Positions 30,672 through 39,384 of a stretch of DNA of 61,940 nucleotides are shown here, in pieces. This stretch comes from Elusimicrobiota bacterium (lineage in GTDB: Bacteria > Elusimicrobiota > Elusimicrobia > UBA1565 > UBA9628): NCBI GenBank assembly GCA_027327915.1, contig DAHVWT010000001.1, forward strand, positions 1 to 61,940. Direction: 5' to 3'. How positions within the stretch are numbered: the stretch's first letter is position 1; every line of letters starts with the position of its first letter. The notes under the pieces are model-generated. The model was not told the origin of the DNA. It saw only the letters and a list, made by a program, of their open reading frames with translations, and did no database searches. The translations under genes were made by a program, and so were the position numbers.

Positions 30672-32255
30672 TCATAGCGGCGCCGCCAACGCCGCGGGAT
30701 CGGCCCAGAGCCGCTCCAGGCGATTGAGATCGAGGGCCTCGGCCACGTGTTCGCTCCGGATCTCGGGGCTTTGTCCCAAATCCGCGATCGTCCTCGACAG
30801 CCTGAGCGTGCGGTCAAGGGTTCTCGCGGAGACGGACCATCTCCGGGAGGCGGCCTCGAGGAGCTTGAGTCCGTCGCCGTCCAAGCGGCAGAAACGGCGC
30901 AGCTCCCTCGCAGGGATGCGGGCGTTGACGGCGAAATCCATTCCCCGGAAGCGTTCTTCCTGTATCTTCCGGGCCCCGAGAACGGCCTGCCGCGTGGTCG
31001 CGGAAGAGGGCGCGGCCGTCTCCCGCGCCTTTCCGGACCATTCGTCGAAGGCGATGGGGTTCATCTCGGCTAGGATGTCGATGCGGTCGAGGAGCGGGCC
31101 CGAAAGCCGCTGAGCGTAGCGCCCCAGCATCAATGGAGTGCAGAGACATTCGCGTCGAGGATGCCCCCGGAAGCCGCAAGGGCAGGAGTTCGTCGCCGCG
31201 ACGAGCATGAAGCGGGCTTGGTATTCGACGGCTTCCCGTGCGCGGGCGACCGTGATGCGCCCCTCCTCGAGAGGTTCCCGGAGCGCCTCGAGCGCCTGGC
31301 GGGAAAACTCGGCTAGTTCGTCGAGAAACAGGACGCCGTGGTGCGCCAGCGCGACCTCCCCGGGCTTGGCCCAGGGCCCCCCGCCCACGAGCGCGACGGC
31401 GGAGGCTGAATGATGGGGGGCGCGGAAGGGGCGTTGCCGGACGAGACCCGAGCGCGCCGCCCCGCTCCTCCCCGAGAGGGAGTGGACGCGCGTGATTTCG
31501 ATCATCTCTTGGGTTTTGAGCGGAGGGAGGAGGCCCGGCAGGCGCCTGGCGAGAAGGGATTTCCCCGTGCCGGGAGGGCCGATGAGGAGGATGTTGTGCG
31601 CTCCGGCCGCGGCGACGGTCATGGCGCGCTTGGCGAAGGCCTGCCCCTTGATGTCGGATAGGTCCTCGGCGTCTCCGGCCTCCGGCTCGCCGCCCGCGGC
31701 GCCGTCGCCGCCGGGACCGGCGTAGGGCCGCGGCTTTTCGCCGTCGGGCGCCCCGAGGAGAGCGACCGCCTCGCGAAGGGAATTGACGGGATGGACGGGA
31801 AGGCCCGCCGCCGCGGCTTCCTCGGCGTTCGCCGCGGGGACCGCCAGCGCCGTGAAGCCGAGCCTCTTGGCCTCCAAGGCCAGAGACAGCGTCGATTCGA
31901 TTTTCACGACGGTCCCGTCCAAAGCGAGCTCCCCCAGCAGGCAGAGGCGGGCTCCGGCGATGCTTTTCGGGATCTGCCCCGTGGCCTCGAGGAGGGCGAA
32001 GGCGATCGCCAGGTCGAAATGAGTTCCTTCCTTGCGGGCCCGGGCGGGCGACAGGTTGACGGTGATCCGTTTGGGAGCGAGGAAAAAGCCCGAGTTGCGC
32101 AGGGCGCCCATGAGCCTCTCCTTGGACTCCCGGACGGCCGCGTCGGGGAGCCCGACCACCGCGTAGGCCGGGAGGCCGTTGGCGACGTACGCCTCGACGG
32201 CGACGCAGTAACCCTCCAATCCCCGCAGCGCGAGGGAGTGCGCCCTGGCGATCAT
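30672..32255 (-). CDS. comM: YifB/ComM-family Mg-chelatase-like AAA+ ATPase
   Basis: N-terminal Lon-protease-like domain (GLPDAAVRESKERL), Walker A GPPGTGKS, Walker B VLFLDEL, and a C-terminal Mg_chelatase_C region. Confidence 0.9.
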   Translation of the reverse strand: MIARAHSLALRGLEGYCVAVEAYVANGLPAYAVVGLPDAAVRESKERLMGALRNSGFFLAPKRITVNLSPARARKEGTHFDLAIAFALLEATGQIPKSIAGARLCLLGELALDGTVVKIESTLSLALEAKRLGFTALAVPAANAEEAAAAGLPVHPVNSLREAVALLGAPDGEKPRPYAGPGGDGAAGGEPEAGDAEDLSDIKGQAFAKRAMTVAAAGAHNILLIGPPGTGKSLLARRLPGLLPPLKTQEMIEITRVHSLSGRSGAARSGLVRQRPFRAPHHSASAVALVGGGPWAKPGEVALAHHGVLFLDELAEFSRQALEALREPLEEGRITVARAREAVEYQARFMLVAATNSCPCGFRGHPRRECLCTPLMLGRYAQRLSGPLLDRIDILAEMNPIAFDEWSGKARETAAPSSATTRQAVLGARKIQEERFRGMDFAVNARIPARELRRFCRLDGDGLKLLEAASRRWSVSARTLDRTLRLSRTIADLGQSPEIRSEHVAEALDLNRLERLWADPAALAAPL

Positions 32256-33670
32256 CGAGGCGTCCCTTCCCCGTCGGCGCCCGCGGATTCCCTCTGCCGG
32301 GCGAGCAGGAAGTGGAAGGTCGTCCCCAGGCCCGGCTGGGATTCGAACCAGATCCGCCCGCCGTGCTTGGAGATGACCTCCCGGCAGAGCGCCAGCCCCA
32401 GTCCCGTCCCCGGGGCCTTGACCTCGGCATGGTTGGAGGCGCGGAAGAACTTCTCGAAGATGCGGTTATGCTCCGAGGCGGGGATGCCGATGCCGTTATC
32501 CTGGACGGAGACGACGATGAATTCTCCCTTGTCGCGGGCCGCAATCCTCACCTGCCCGCCCGGCCGCGTGAATTTCAAGGCATTCGACAGGATATTGTCC
32601 ACGACGAGGGAGAGCCATTTCGGGTCCCCCATGACAAGGGGGAGATCGCCCGGAATGTCCGTGGAGACGATCTTCTGGGCGCTTACGGCCTGTGGGGCGA
32701 GCGAGTCGACGCTCGATTCGACGATCTCCGCGATCCGGAGAGGGCGCATCTCCATGGAGACTCCCCCCTCGAGCCTCGTGAGATCCAAGAGCTCCAAAAC
32801 GATCGCCTCGAGGCGCCTCACCGATTTCAAGGCCATGTTCAAAAATCCCGTCTGTTTGTCGGTCAACGGCCCCGCCTCGCCCTCCATGAGGATGGTCAAA
32901 AACCCTCCCAGCGTCGTCAATGGAGTGCGGAACTCATGGCTTGCCGTCGACACGAACTCATCTTTAATACGGTTGAGGGCCTCCAATTGTTCCGTGGCCC
33001 AGGACAATTTTCTGTTGAGCATGGCCGTTTCGACGAGGATGGCGACCTCGTCGGCGATGAGGCGGGCGAAGCGCAGGTCGTCCGGCGTGAAGGAATCGGG
33101 CTGGACGCTTCCCACCCTCAGGACGCCCAGGGAGTGGGACTTCGTCTTCAAGGGAACCACCATCAGGGATCGGATGTTCCAGAGCTTGGCGTATCCGGCG
33201 GTGACGGAGGGGTCGCTTTGGGCGTCTCCGGTCATGAACGGCTCTCCGGACTTAAAGACCCGGACCGACGAGGAATTCTCCGCGGAAATGGGGATGCGGT
33301 AGAACTGGTCCTCGCTGTCCAGGCCGAAGGCTCCGGGCTGGGTGACAAGCTCCATCGTCGCCTCGTCGAGCGCCATGAGCGCCGCGAGGTCCGCCTTGAG
33401 GTATCTGGCGACGATTGTGACCACCGCGCTGAAGGCCGGTCTGGCCTGTTCGGCTTCCGCGGTGAGCGCCGCGGCCACCACCCGTAGGGTCTTGACCTCC
33501 CGGCGGCGGTGGTGTATCTTGCCGCGCGCCTCGGTCAGGGCTTCCTGGGATTTGGATCGGGAGTCCGTGAGCTCGCGGCGCAGCCTCCGGTTGACGGCGA
33601 GCGCCCAGGCGGCGAGAGCCAGAGCCGAGAGCGTCGCGACGCCCCACAAGAGATCAGAAGGCGGCATCAT
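32252..33670 (-). CDS. Membrane-anchored GAF-domain sensor histidine kinase
   Basis: N-terminal TM segment, coiled coil, GAF-like region, H-box FVSTASHEFRTPLT, N/G boxes (NALKFT, DNGIGIP, GTGLGLA). No cognate response regulator is adjacent. Confidence 0.9.
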   Translation of the reverse strand: MMPPSDLLWGVATLSALALAAWALAVNRRLRRELTDSRSKSQEALTEARGKIHHRRREVKTLRVVAAALTAEAEQARPAFSAVVTIVARYLKADLAALMALDEATMELVTQPGAFGLDSEDQFYRIPISAENSSSVRVFKSGEPFMTGDAQSDPSVTAGYAKLWNIRSLMVVPLKTKSHSLGVLRVGSVQPDSFTPDDLRFARLIADEVAILVETAMLNRKLSWATEQLEALNRIKDEFVSTASHEFRTPLTTLGGFLTILMEGEAGPLTDKQTGFLNMALKSVRRLEAIVLELLDLTRLEGGVSMEMRPLRIAEIVESSVDSLAPQAVSAQKIVSTDIPGDLPLVMGDPKWLSLVVDNILSNALKFTRPGGQVRIAARDKGEFIVVSVQDNGIGIPASEHNRIFEKFFRASNHAEVKAPGTGLGLALCREVISKHGGRIWFESQPGLGTTFHFLLARQRESAGADGEGTPR

Positions 33671-35105
33671 GAAAAAAGGCGTGGAGAAGATCCGCGTGAG
33701 CCGCGAGATAGGCGTCCGATTCCGACTCCTGGTTTGCCGGGAGCGCCGCGCCGGCCAGGCCCAGGCCGGCGATGGCCGCGAGGAGACGGCGCGCGCGGGG
33801 GCTCCCGGACGCCGCGACCCAATCGTCGGCGTCGCCGTCCGCGACGACGACGGCGTCGCAGGAGGCGTGAGCGCGGCCGGCTGCGTCCGGAAAAACGTCC
33901 TCCTCGGATCCGTCCTTCTCGGGATACGGGCGCGCCGAAACCGGCTGATAGCGGGGGAGCTGGGGCCAGCGGCGGCCCTCGGTCAGGAACCGGTCCAAGG
34001 ATGCCCGGGCATCGGCCTCCAAGCTTTCGGGATAGAAGAACGCGAGACGCCTCGGCCTTCCGCCGTCACGCGCGGCTCCCGCGTCGAGAAGGCCCGCCGC
34101 CTTGAGCGGTTCCAGGGACAAATCGAAGGCGCTTGAGAAGCCGGCCTGCCGCAAGGCCCCGAGCCTTCTGAGCCAGGGATAAAGGACGGGGAATCCCCCG
34201 TTGTCCGGAAGCTCCGCGAGCAGGGCCTCAAGCGCCTCGGGCTCGACGATGAGTCCGTTGCGGCTGAAAAAACGGTCCGCGGCGGCGAAGAGGATCTTTC
34301 CCGAGGGCGGGGCGGTCTCGACCTCCCGCGCGAGTTCTCCGGAGGGCGTCGTCAACTCGTTGGCTTGACGGCCCATGAGATCCGAATTCGCCGCGATCGC
34401 GACCTGGAGGCCGCGGCGGCAGTAGTCCGCGGCGATTCTCGCCGCCAGCCTCGCGCCCGCTCCCGGCCCCAGGAGATGGGCGTCGTCGATGAGGAGAGCG
34501 CGCCGCGAACGGAAGGCCGCGCCGTAGGCCTCGGCGCGGCCCGCGCGAAGGGCCGCCGCCGCCCCGAGATCGAGATCGAGGGCGCCGACGAGCATGGCGC
34601 TTCCAGGACCCCAGCGCCGCTCGAGTTCCCCCATGATGGCGTTGAGAAGATGGGTCTTGCCGGAGGAGGACGGGCCCCGGATGACGAGGGGATTGTGCAG
34701 AATTCCCGGAGAGGCGGCCGCCTCGCGAGCCGCGGCGAAAGCCAAGCGGTTGGCGGGGCCCACGCAAAAGGCGTCGAAGGTCTGGCCCGAGTCGTGGCGC
34801 CTGGGTCGCGGCCCAGCCGGAATGTCCGGCCCGGCGGGAGCGGGCCGAGGGCTTTTTCGAGGCGTCGGGAAGAGGCCCTCCAGGGCCTCGAGGAACGCCT
34901 GGCGCGCGCGTTCGTCAAGTTGATGGAGATAGAGCTTGTAATTGAAGCCCTCCGGGCATGACGAGGCGTCGGGCCTGCCGCAGAGGGCGCCCATCTTCGC
35001 CACGAGGGCCGATATTTCTCCGAGGTTCCCCTTGATGAAAAGCTGATGGCGGAGAGGATCGCGGCTTGACGGCGCGGGCTTGAGAAGCCAGCGTGGCGAA
35101 GTCAC
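33654..35105 (-). CDS. Divergent DnaA/Hda-like AAA+ ATPase lacking DnaA domain IV, with an extra C-terminal domain
   Basis: QTFDAFCVGPANRLAFAAAREAAASPGILHNPLVIRGPSSSGKTHLLNAI resembles the DnaA domain III entry and Walker A. ALLIDDAHLL is a Walker B. A lid-like segment LFAAADRFFSRNGLIVEPEALEALLAEL follows. There is no DnaA signature HTH. The start is uncertain: GTG at 35105 was chosen because the upstream gene stops at 35135, and the next in-frame ATG is at 34994. Confidence 0.7.
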   Translation of the reverse strand: MTSPRWLLKPAPSSRDPLRHQLFIKGNLGEISALVAKMGALCGRPDASSCPEGFNYKLYLHQLDERARQAFLEALEGLFPTPRKSPRPAPAGPDIPAGPRPRRHDSGQTFDAFCVGPANRLAFAAAREAAASPGILHNPLVIRGPSSSGKTHLLNAIMGELERRWGPGSAMLVGALDLDLGAAAALRAGRAEAYGAAFRSRRALLIDDAHLLGPGAGARLAARIAADYCRRGLQVAIAANSDLMGRQANELTTPSGELAREVETAPPSGKILFAAADRFFSRNGLIVEPEALEALLAELPDNGGFPVLYPWLRRLGALRQAGFSSAFDLSLEPLKAAGLLDAGAARDGGRPRRLAFFYPESLEADARASLDRFLTEGRRWPQLPRYQPVSARPYPEKDGSEEDVFPDAAGRAHASCDAVVVADGDADDWVAASGSPRARRLLAAIAGLGLAGAALPANQESESDAYLAAHADLLHAFFHDAAF

Positions 35106-35134
35106 GGGAGCGCTCGACTTTGGGCTTGGCAAAG

Positions 35135-35710
35135 TTAGAATTGCAGCTTGAAGATGATTTCGATGACGGAGGCCTTGCGTCCCGCGGAGAAGGCGTCGAT
35201 CTGGCGTCGGGCGATGCCCGCGGAGCGCAAGGCCTCCGCGAGAGCCTTGAGCCAATCGGCGCCGAGGCCGTCTGGAACGACGACGGCGAGATCCGCGCCG
35301 GCCGCCTTCGCCTCCGCCGCGACGGCGGAGGGGTCCTCGCTCCCCGAAACCGCCCGATCGAGACATTCTTCGATCGCGAGGGGGCTCTTTGTCGCACCGG
35401 AGGCGAGGGTCTTGAGAAGAGAAGTCAGCCGCTCTTTGGCGGCCGCGCTCTTGGCGGTGCGAATAAAAGCAATCAGTCGTGTCCCCGGGCTTTTGGCGGC
35501 GGGGTTCGTGGCGGGGGGCGGCGACGCGAAGACGGGAACGGCCGCCGCGGAGACGGAGGCGGCCGCCTCGGGAATCGACGGTTCAGTCTCGGGCGCGGTT
35601 GGGCGATGCGGGCGTTCGGCAGGCTTGAGGGCCGAATCCGGGACAGCGCGGAAAACGGCTTCGAGGTCGGTCCAGACGCCCAGGGCTTTCTTGGGCGGCA
35701 AGGGACTCAT
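35135..35710 (-). CDS. Hypothetical protein (Pro/Ala-rich linker plus C-terminal alpha/beta-like domain)
   Basis: 191-aa ORF, ATGA-coupled to the upstream small gene. Its C-terminal ~100 aa resemble, by eye, the C-terminal domain of the DnaA-like ATPase (RLIAF.../RLAFF...; DLAVVVPDGLGADWL / DAVVVADGDADDWV). Confidence 0.55.
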   Translation of the reverse strand: MSPLPPKKALGVWTDLEAVFRAVPDSALKPAERPHRPTAPETEPSIPEAAASVSAAAVPVFASPPPATNPAAKSPGTRLIAFIRTAKSAAAKERLTSLLKTLASGATKSPLAIEECLDRAVSGSEDPSAVAAEAKAAGADLAVVVPDGLGADWLKALAEALRSAGIARRQIDAFSAGRKASVIEIIFKLQF

Positions 35711-35982
35711 GCGCGCACGATGCGAACGCCCTGGAGGGTCAGCCAGTCCGCGGCCAGGGGGCTCACGATGGCCCCGGCGGGCAGTTGAAGCTCCTTGGCG
35801 CCCGGTTTGAGCATCTTCTTGATCTCATATTCCGACACAAAGATCCTCCCGGCGGGGCCGTCGGAGCCCTTTCCCGCTTTTGGCCGGTGGACGGGAGTGG
35901 ACGGGTCGGGCGCGGGAATTTCGGCCTTGACCGGCTTGAGCTGGGAGACGATCAAATCGATGAGATCGTCGCGGGTCAGCAT
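35707..35982 (-). CDS. Small protein with an N-terminal encapsulation-peptide-like amphipathic helix
   Basis: MLTRDDLIDLIVSQLKP, then a Pro-rich linker, then a 45-aa C-terminal module (FVSEYEIKKMLKPGAKELQLPAGAIVSPLAADWLTLQGVRIV). It lies 37 nt downstream of a BMC-H gene. Confidence 0.6.
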   Translation of the reverse strand: MLTRDDLIDLIVSQLKPVKAEIPAPDPSTPVHRPKAGKGSDGPAGRIFVSEYEIKKMLKPGAKELQLPAGAIVSPLAADWLTLQGVRIVRA

Positions 35983-36019
35983 CGCGATTTATCGGCAACG
36001 CCCGCGCTCAACGACCCGC

Positions 36020-36325
36020 TCAGCGCGCGATCTTGATCGAGATCTGGTCAAGATACTTTTCCAAATCGTCGTGAGGGCGAGGGATCACGTGGACGCTGAC
36101 AAGCTCGCCCACTTTCTGGGCCGCGGCCGCGGCCGCGTCGACGGCGGCGCGCACCGCGCCGACTTCTCCGCGGCACAAGGTGGTGACAAGCCCCGAGCCG
36201 ATCTTCTCGTATCCCAGAAGGCGGACCTTGGCCGCCTTGGCCATCGCGTCCGACGCCTCGATCATCCCGACGAAGCCCTTGGTCTCGACAAGTCCCAGGG
36301 CCTCACGAACCGAAACCTCCGCCAT
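36020..36325 (-). CDS. BMC-H shell protein (PduA/EutM-type single BMC domain)
   Basis: [58 protein letters not shown]...VHVIPRPH is the canonical PF00936 pattern. Confidence 0.92.
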   Translation of the reverse strand: MAEVSVREALGLVETKGFVGMIEASDAMAKAAKVRLLGYEKIGSGLVTTLCRGEVGAVRAAVDAAAAAAQKVGELVSVHVIPRPHDDLEKYLDQISIKIAR

Positions 36326-36361
36326 AAGAGCCTCCTTTCACGTCGACATTCATCTCGCTTA

Positions 36362-36676
36362 TTACGCCTCGCTCCAATCGTCCTCGTCCGCCTTCTTTTC
36401 CAGCTCGAGGATCGCCCCGCACGAGCCGCAGCGCTTGGCGGGGCTGTAGGTTCGCACGCATTCGTCGTCCTCCGGCCACCATTCCTCGAAAAACATGTCC
36501 GCCTTCTTGCGGCAGGCGAGGCAGAAGCGCTCCATGCCCGCCCCGCATCGCGGACAGAATTTGGGGGCGACCGCTTTTTCCGGCGAGGTTCCCGGCGCCT
36601 GGTGAATGAGGGCGCCGCAGGAGCCGCATTGATAGTCGATCGTGAGCTTGAATTTGGCGGGCTTATTTTTGGACAT
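36362..36676 (-). CDS. Double zinc-ribbon protein with an acidic C-terminal tail, function unknown
   Basis: 104 aa with four CxxC pairs (CGSCG, CPRCG, CLACR, CGSCG) and the tail EKKADEDDWSEA. Embedded between deoC and BMC-H. Confidence 0.7.
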   Translation of the reverse strand: MSKNKPAKFKLTIDYQCGSCGALIHQAPGTSPEKAVAPKFCPRCGAGMERFCLACRKKADMFFEEWWPEDDECVRTYSPAKRCGSCGAILELEKKADEDDWSEA

Positions 36677-36699
36677 GGTGGTGATCGTTCTAATCCGCT

Positions 36700-37746
36700 C
36701 TAGTATTTTCCCGGGGCCGGCTCCGATCCCGTGACGATGGCGACGCTTGCCGAGGTTCCGAGCCTTGTCGCCCCGGCGCGCACCATGGCTTGGGCGGCGT
36801 CGGCCGACCGGATGCCGCCCGAGGCCTTGACCCCCATCAAGGGGCCGACGGTCTCCCGCATGAGCTGGATGTCCTCGACGGTCGCTCCGCCCCCGCCAAA
36901 GCCCGTCGAGGTCTTGACGAAGTCGGCGCCCGCCTTCTTCGAGAGGAGGCAGGCGCGGATCTTTTCTTCCCGGGACAAAAGCGACGTTTCAAGAATCACC
37001 TTGAGCACGCGCCCGCGTGTTGCCTCCCGCACGGCCTGGATGTCGGAGAGGACCAAGGCGTCGTTGCCGGACTTCAGGGCGCCGATATTGAGCACCATGT
37101 CGATTTCCTCGGCGCCTCCCGCGATCGCGTCGCGCGCCTCGACGGCCTTGACGGTCGAGGTGGTGGAGCCGAGCGGAAAGCCGATCACCGTGCAGACCTT
37201 GACGCCGCTGCCCGCCAGGAGCCTTGAGGACAGCGGGACATAGCTCGGAGGAATGCAGACGGAGGCGAAGCAGTAGGCTTTGGCCTCCTCGCAGAGCTTC
37301 GCGATCTCCTCCTGGGTCGCGTTGGGCTTCAAGAGGGTGTGGTCGACGAGCCGGGCGATGGGGGAGCAGTTTTTCGCCGGCTTGCAGACGGCGACGCGGT
37401 CGAGGCCCAATTCCTTCAAATCCTTTTCGCTCAAGCTCGAAACGTTGTCGCAGTGGGGGCAGGCGGCGCCGGATCCGGAATGGTCCTCATCGCCGGAAGA
37501 TGCGGAGACCGCGGAAGAGCCGGGGCTCGCCGGAGCCTCCGGGGTCTTGCGCCAATCGCTCGAGAAGACCTTGCCGGCGGTCCCGATCGTGGTCCGGGCG
37601 CCGTTTTGCAGCGGTTTGAGCGACCCCTCGCCGTCTCGCCAATCGGTCCTCGAGGAGGGCGTCGAATCCGAGCCGCCGAGATAGCCCCTCTTGTGGAGGA
37701 CGCCCACGATCTCCTCGACGATCTTCCTGATATCAGGCTCACTCAT
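36700..37746 (-). CDS. deoC: Deoxyribose-phosphate aldolase (DERA) with a ~120-aa N-terminal extension carrying an encapsulation-peptide-like helix
   Basis: The DERA core starts at [24 protein letters not shown]....FASVCI, with the Schiff-base region [11 protein letters not shown]. The N-terminus is [23 protein letters not shown] followed by a long low-complexity linker. Confidence 0.9.
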   Translation of the reverse strand: MSEPDIRKIVEEIVGVLHKRGYLGGSDSTPSSRTDWRDGEGSLKPLQNGARTTIGTAGKVFSSDWRKTPEAPASPGSSAVSASSGDEDHSGSGAACPHCDNVSSLSEKDLKELGLDRVAVCKPAKNCSPIARLVDHTLLKPNATQEEIAKLCEEAKAYCFASVCIPPSYVPLSSRLLAGSGVKVCTVIGFPLGSTTSTVKAVEARDAIAGGAEEIDMVLNIGALKSGNDALVLSDIQAVREATRGRVLKVILETSLLSREEKIRACLLSKKAGADFVKTSTGFGGGGATVEDIQLMRETVGPLMGVKASGGIRSADAAQAMVRAGATRLGTSASVAIVTGSEPAPGKY

Positions 37747-38035
37747 AGCTTTTGGCCTTCCTCCCCGACACCACTTTTTCGACGATGCCGCAGACGACGG
37801 CGCGGACCGGAGCGTTCCGGTCGCCTAAAATCTGGCGCGCGCCGTTGCCCTCGTCCACGACCAAGACGACGCTGCCGGGGCCCGAGTCGACGCCGCCGTC
37901 GATCGCCATGACGGCGTCTCCCAGGGGCCTTTCCGTCAAGGGGTCGATCGGTTGGACGAGGAGCAGCCGGCGCTTTTCCATCGAAGGATGCTTGCGCGTC
38001 CCCCAGACGTTTCCCACGACGCTCGCGATGAACAT
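37739..38035 (-). CDS. BMC-P pentameric vertex protein (EutN/CcmL family)
   Basis: [31 protein letters not shown]...[21 protein letters not shown] is the PF03319 pattern. ATG at 38033..38035 shares 1 nt with the upstream stop. Confidence 0.88.
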   Translation of the reverse strand: MFIASVVGNVWGTRKHPSMEKRRLLLVQPIDPLTERPLGDAVMAIDGGVDSGPGSVVLVVDEGNGARQILGDRNAPVRAVVCGIVEKVVSGRKAKSYE

Positions 38036-38334
38036 TACCGGCGGCCCCCCCCTGCGGGCGCCCTGAAATTCCTGGCCTGATGCCCGTCCACGATCCCGAC
38101 GACGGCCGCGTCGACGGGCGGGACGTCCTCGAAGGCGACGGCCGCCTCGCGCGCGGCGACCCAGAAGACCTTCTCTCCCGCCCCCGCGCCGACGGCGTCC
38201 GCGGCGACGATGGAGGGCCCCTGCGCGGACTCGTCCTCCCACCGCAACGGCTGGATGAGAAGGAGTTTTTTGCCCTCGATGGCTTGGTCCTGCCGCGCGC
38301 AGAAGACCCGCCCCACGACCCGCGCGAGACGCAC
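38035..38334 (-). CDS. BMC-P pentameric vertex protein (EutN/CcmL family), second copy
   Basis: From GTG 38334: VRLARVVGRVFCARQDQAIEGKKLLLIQPL...AADAVGAGAGEKVFWV....A. Confidence 0.8.
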   Translation of the reverse strand: MRLARVVGRVFCARQDQAIEGKKLLLIQPLRWEDESAQGPSIVAADAVGAGAGEKVFWVAAREAAVAFEDVPPVDAAVVGIVDGHQARNFRAPAGGGRR

Positions 38335-38335
38335 G

Positions 38336-38818
38336 TTATTGGCCTCCCCGGCAGCCGCAGGCGGCCGAGAGCGGCGAATACTTATGCTCGATCTGGGAGA
38401 TCTTGGCGAGCCGGCGCTCATGACGGCCGCCTTCAAACGGTGTCTTGAAAAAGACGTCCAGCATTTCGGCCCAGGCCGCCTCGCCGTGGGTCTTTCCGCC
38501 GAGACAGAGGATATTCGCGTTGTCGTGGGCCGCCGCGAAGCGGGCGGAGACGGAGTTGTAGGCCGCGACGGCCCGGACGCCGGGGATCTTGTTGGCCGCA
38601 AGGGCCACCGCGCCGCCAAAGCCGTCCAAGAGAACGCCCTTCTCGAACTCTCCCGAGGCGACGGCCTCGCCGACCAGAAGCGCCACGTCGGGGAAGTCCA
38701 CGGCCTCCGGAGAGTGGCATCCGAAATCCGCCACCTCGTGCCCCGCGGCCTGGAGTCTCTTCTTGACGAACTCCTTGGCGGCGAAGCCGCCGTGGTCCGA
38801 CCCGACGACGATTCTCAT
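38336..38818 (-). CDS. rpiB: Ribose-5-phosphate isomerase B (RpiB/LacA/LacB family)
   Basis: MRIVVGSDHGGFAAKEFVKKRL...GVLLDGFGGAVALAANKIPGVRAA...HDNANILCLGG. The start overlaps the BMC-T stop (ATGA). Confidence 0.9.
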   Translation of the reverse strand: MRIVVGSDHGGFAAKEFVKKRLQAAGHEVADFGCHSPEAVDFPDVALLVGEAVASGEFEKGVLLDGFGGAVALAANKIPGVRAVAAYNSVSARFAAAHDNANILCLGGKTHGEAAWAEMLDVFFKTPFEGGRHERRLAKISQIEHKYSPLSAACGCRGGQ

Positions 38819-39366
38819 TTTCCGATCGTCTTCAAGAGCTGTTCGTGGGCCTGCGGGATGACGACGTGGGAGACGAGCATCCCCTCGGGCAGGATCGAAA
38901 CCCCGGCCGCGACGGCGGACTTGACGGCGCCCACGTCGGCGGTCATCGTGACGTAGCCCTTGCCGCCGCCCACGACGGTCTTGACCTCCAAGAGGTGGAC
39001 GCGCGCGGCCTTCGCGGCGGCGTCCGCGGCCATCACGGTTGAAATCGCTTCCTTCGTCTCGATGATGCCGACGGCGTCGAGGCTCTCGACGGGCCGGCGC
39101 TTCTCGAGCGCCTCCAGGACCTGGGAGTGGACGTTGCGGATGATGACCTCGTCGATCCTCGTCTTCCCCGCGATCTCGCGCCCGGCGCGAAGAGAGCTTT
39201 CGACCTCCCCCACGGGGCCCGAGACGAGGATCGTGTATTTCCCGCGGGCGATGACGGCGGTCTTGACCAAGGACACCGAGGCCATCTTGCACATGGCGTC
39301 CGAGGCCTCGATCCCCTTGGCGATCGAGGAGGTTTCCAGAAGTCCGACGGCGAGGTGAGCTTGCAT
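38815..39366 (-). CDS. BMC-T shell protein (tandem BMC domains, PduT-like size)
   Basis: 183 aa with two PF00936-like halves (AVGLLETSSIAKGIEASDAMCK... and AVGIIETKEAISTVMAADAAAKAARV...). Confidence 0.88.
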   Translation of the reverse strand: MQAHLAVGLLETSSIAKGIEASDAMCKMASVSLVKTAVIARGKYTILVSGPVGEVESSLRAGREIAGKTRIDEVIIRNVHSQVLEALEKRRPVESLDAVGIIETKEAISTVMAADAAAKAARVHLLEVKTVVGGGKGYVTMTADVGAVKSAVAAGVSILPEGMLVSHVVIPQAHEQLLKTIGK

Positions 39367-39384
39367 GGGGGATTCCTTTTTAGG

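Noticed and set aside
30814-32544. 576-aa minus-strand ORF in an alternative frame
   Set aside because: It overlaps comM and the 3' end of the histidine kinase in a different frame. The translation is an extreme Arg/Pro/Gly-rich string, while the comM frame carries clear Walker motifs.
33509-34105. 198-aa plus-strand Arg-rich ORF
   Set aside because: It is antisense to the DnaA-like ATPase and the kinase junction. It contains runs of RRRRRR typical of GC-rich antisense frames.
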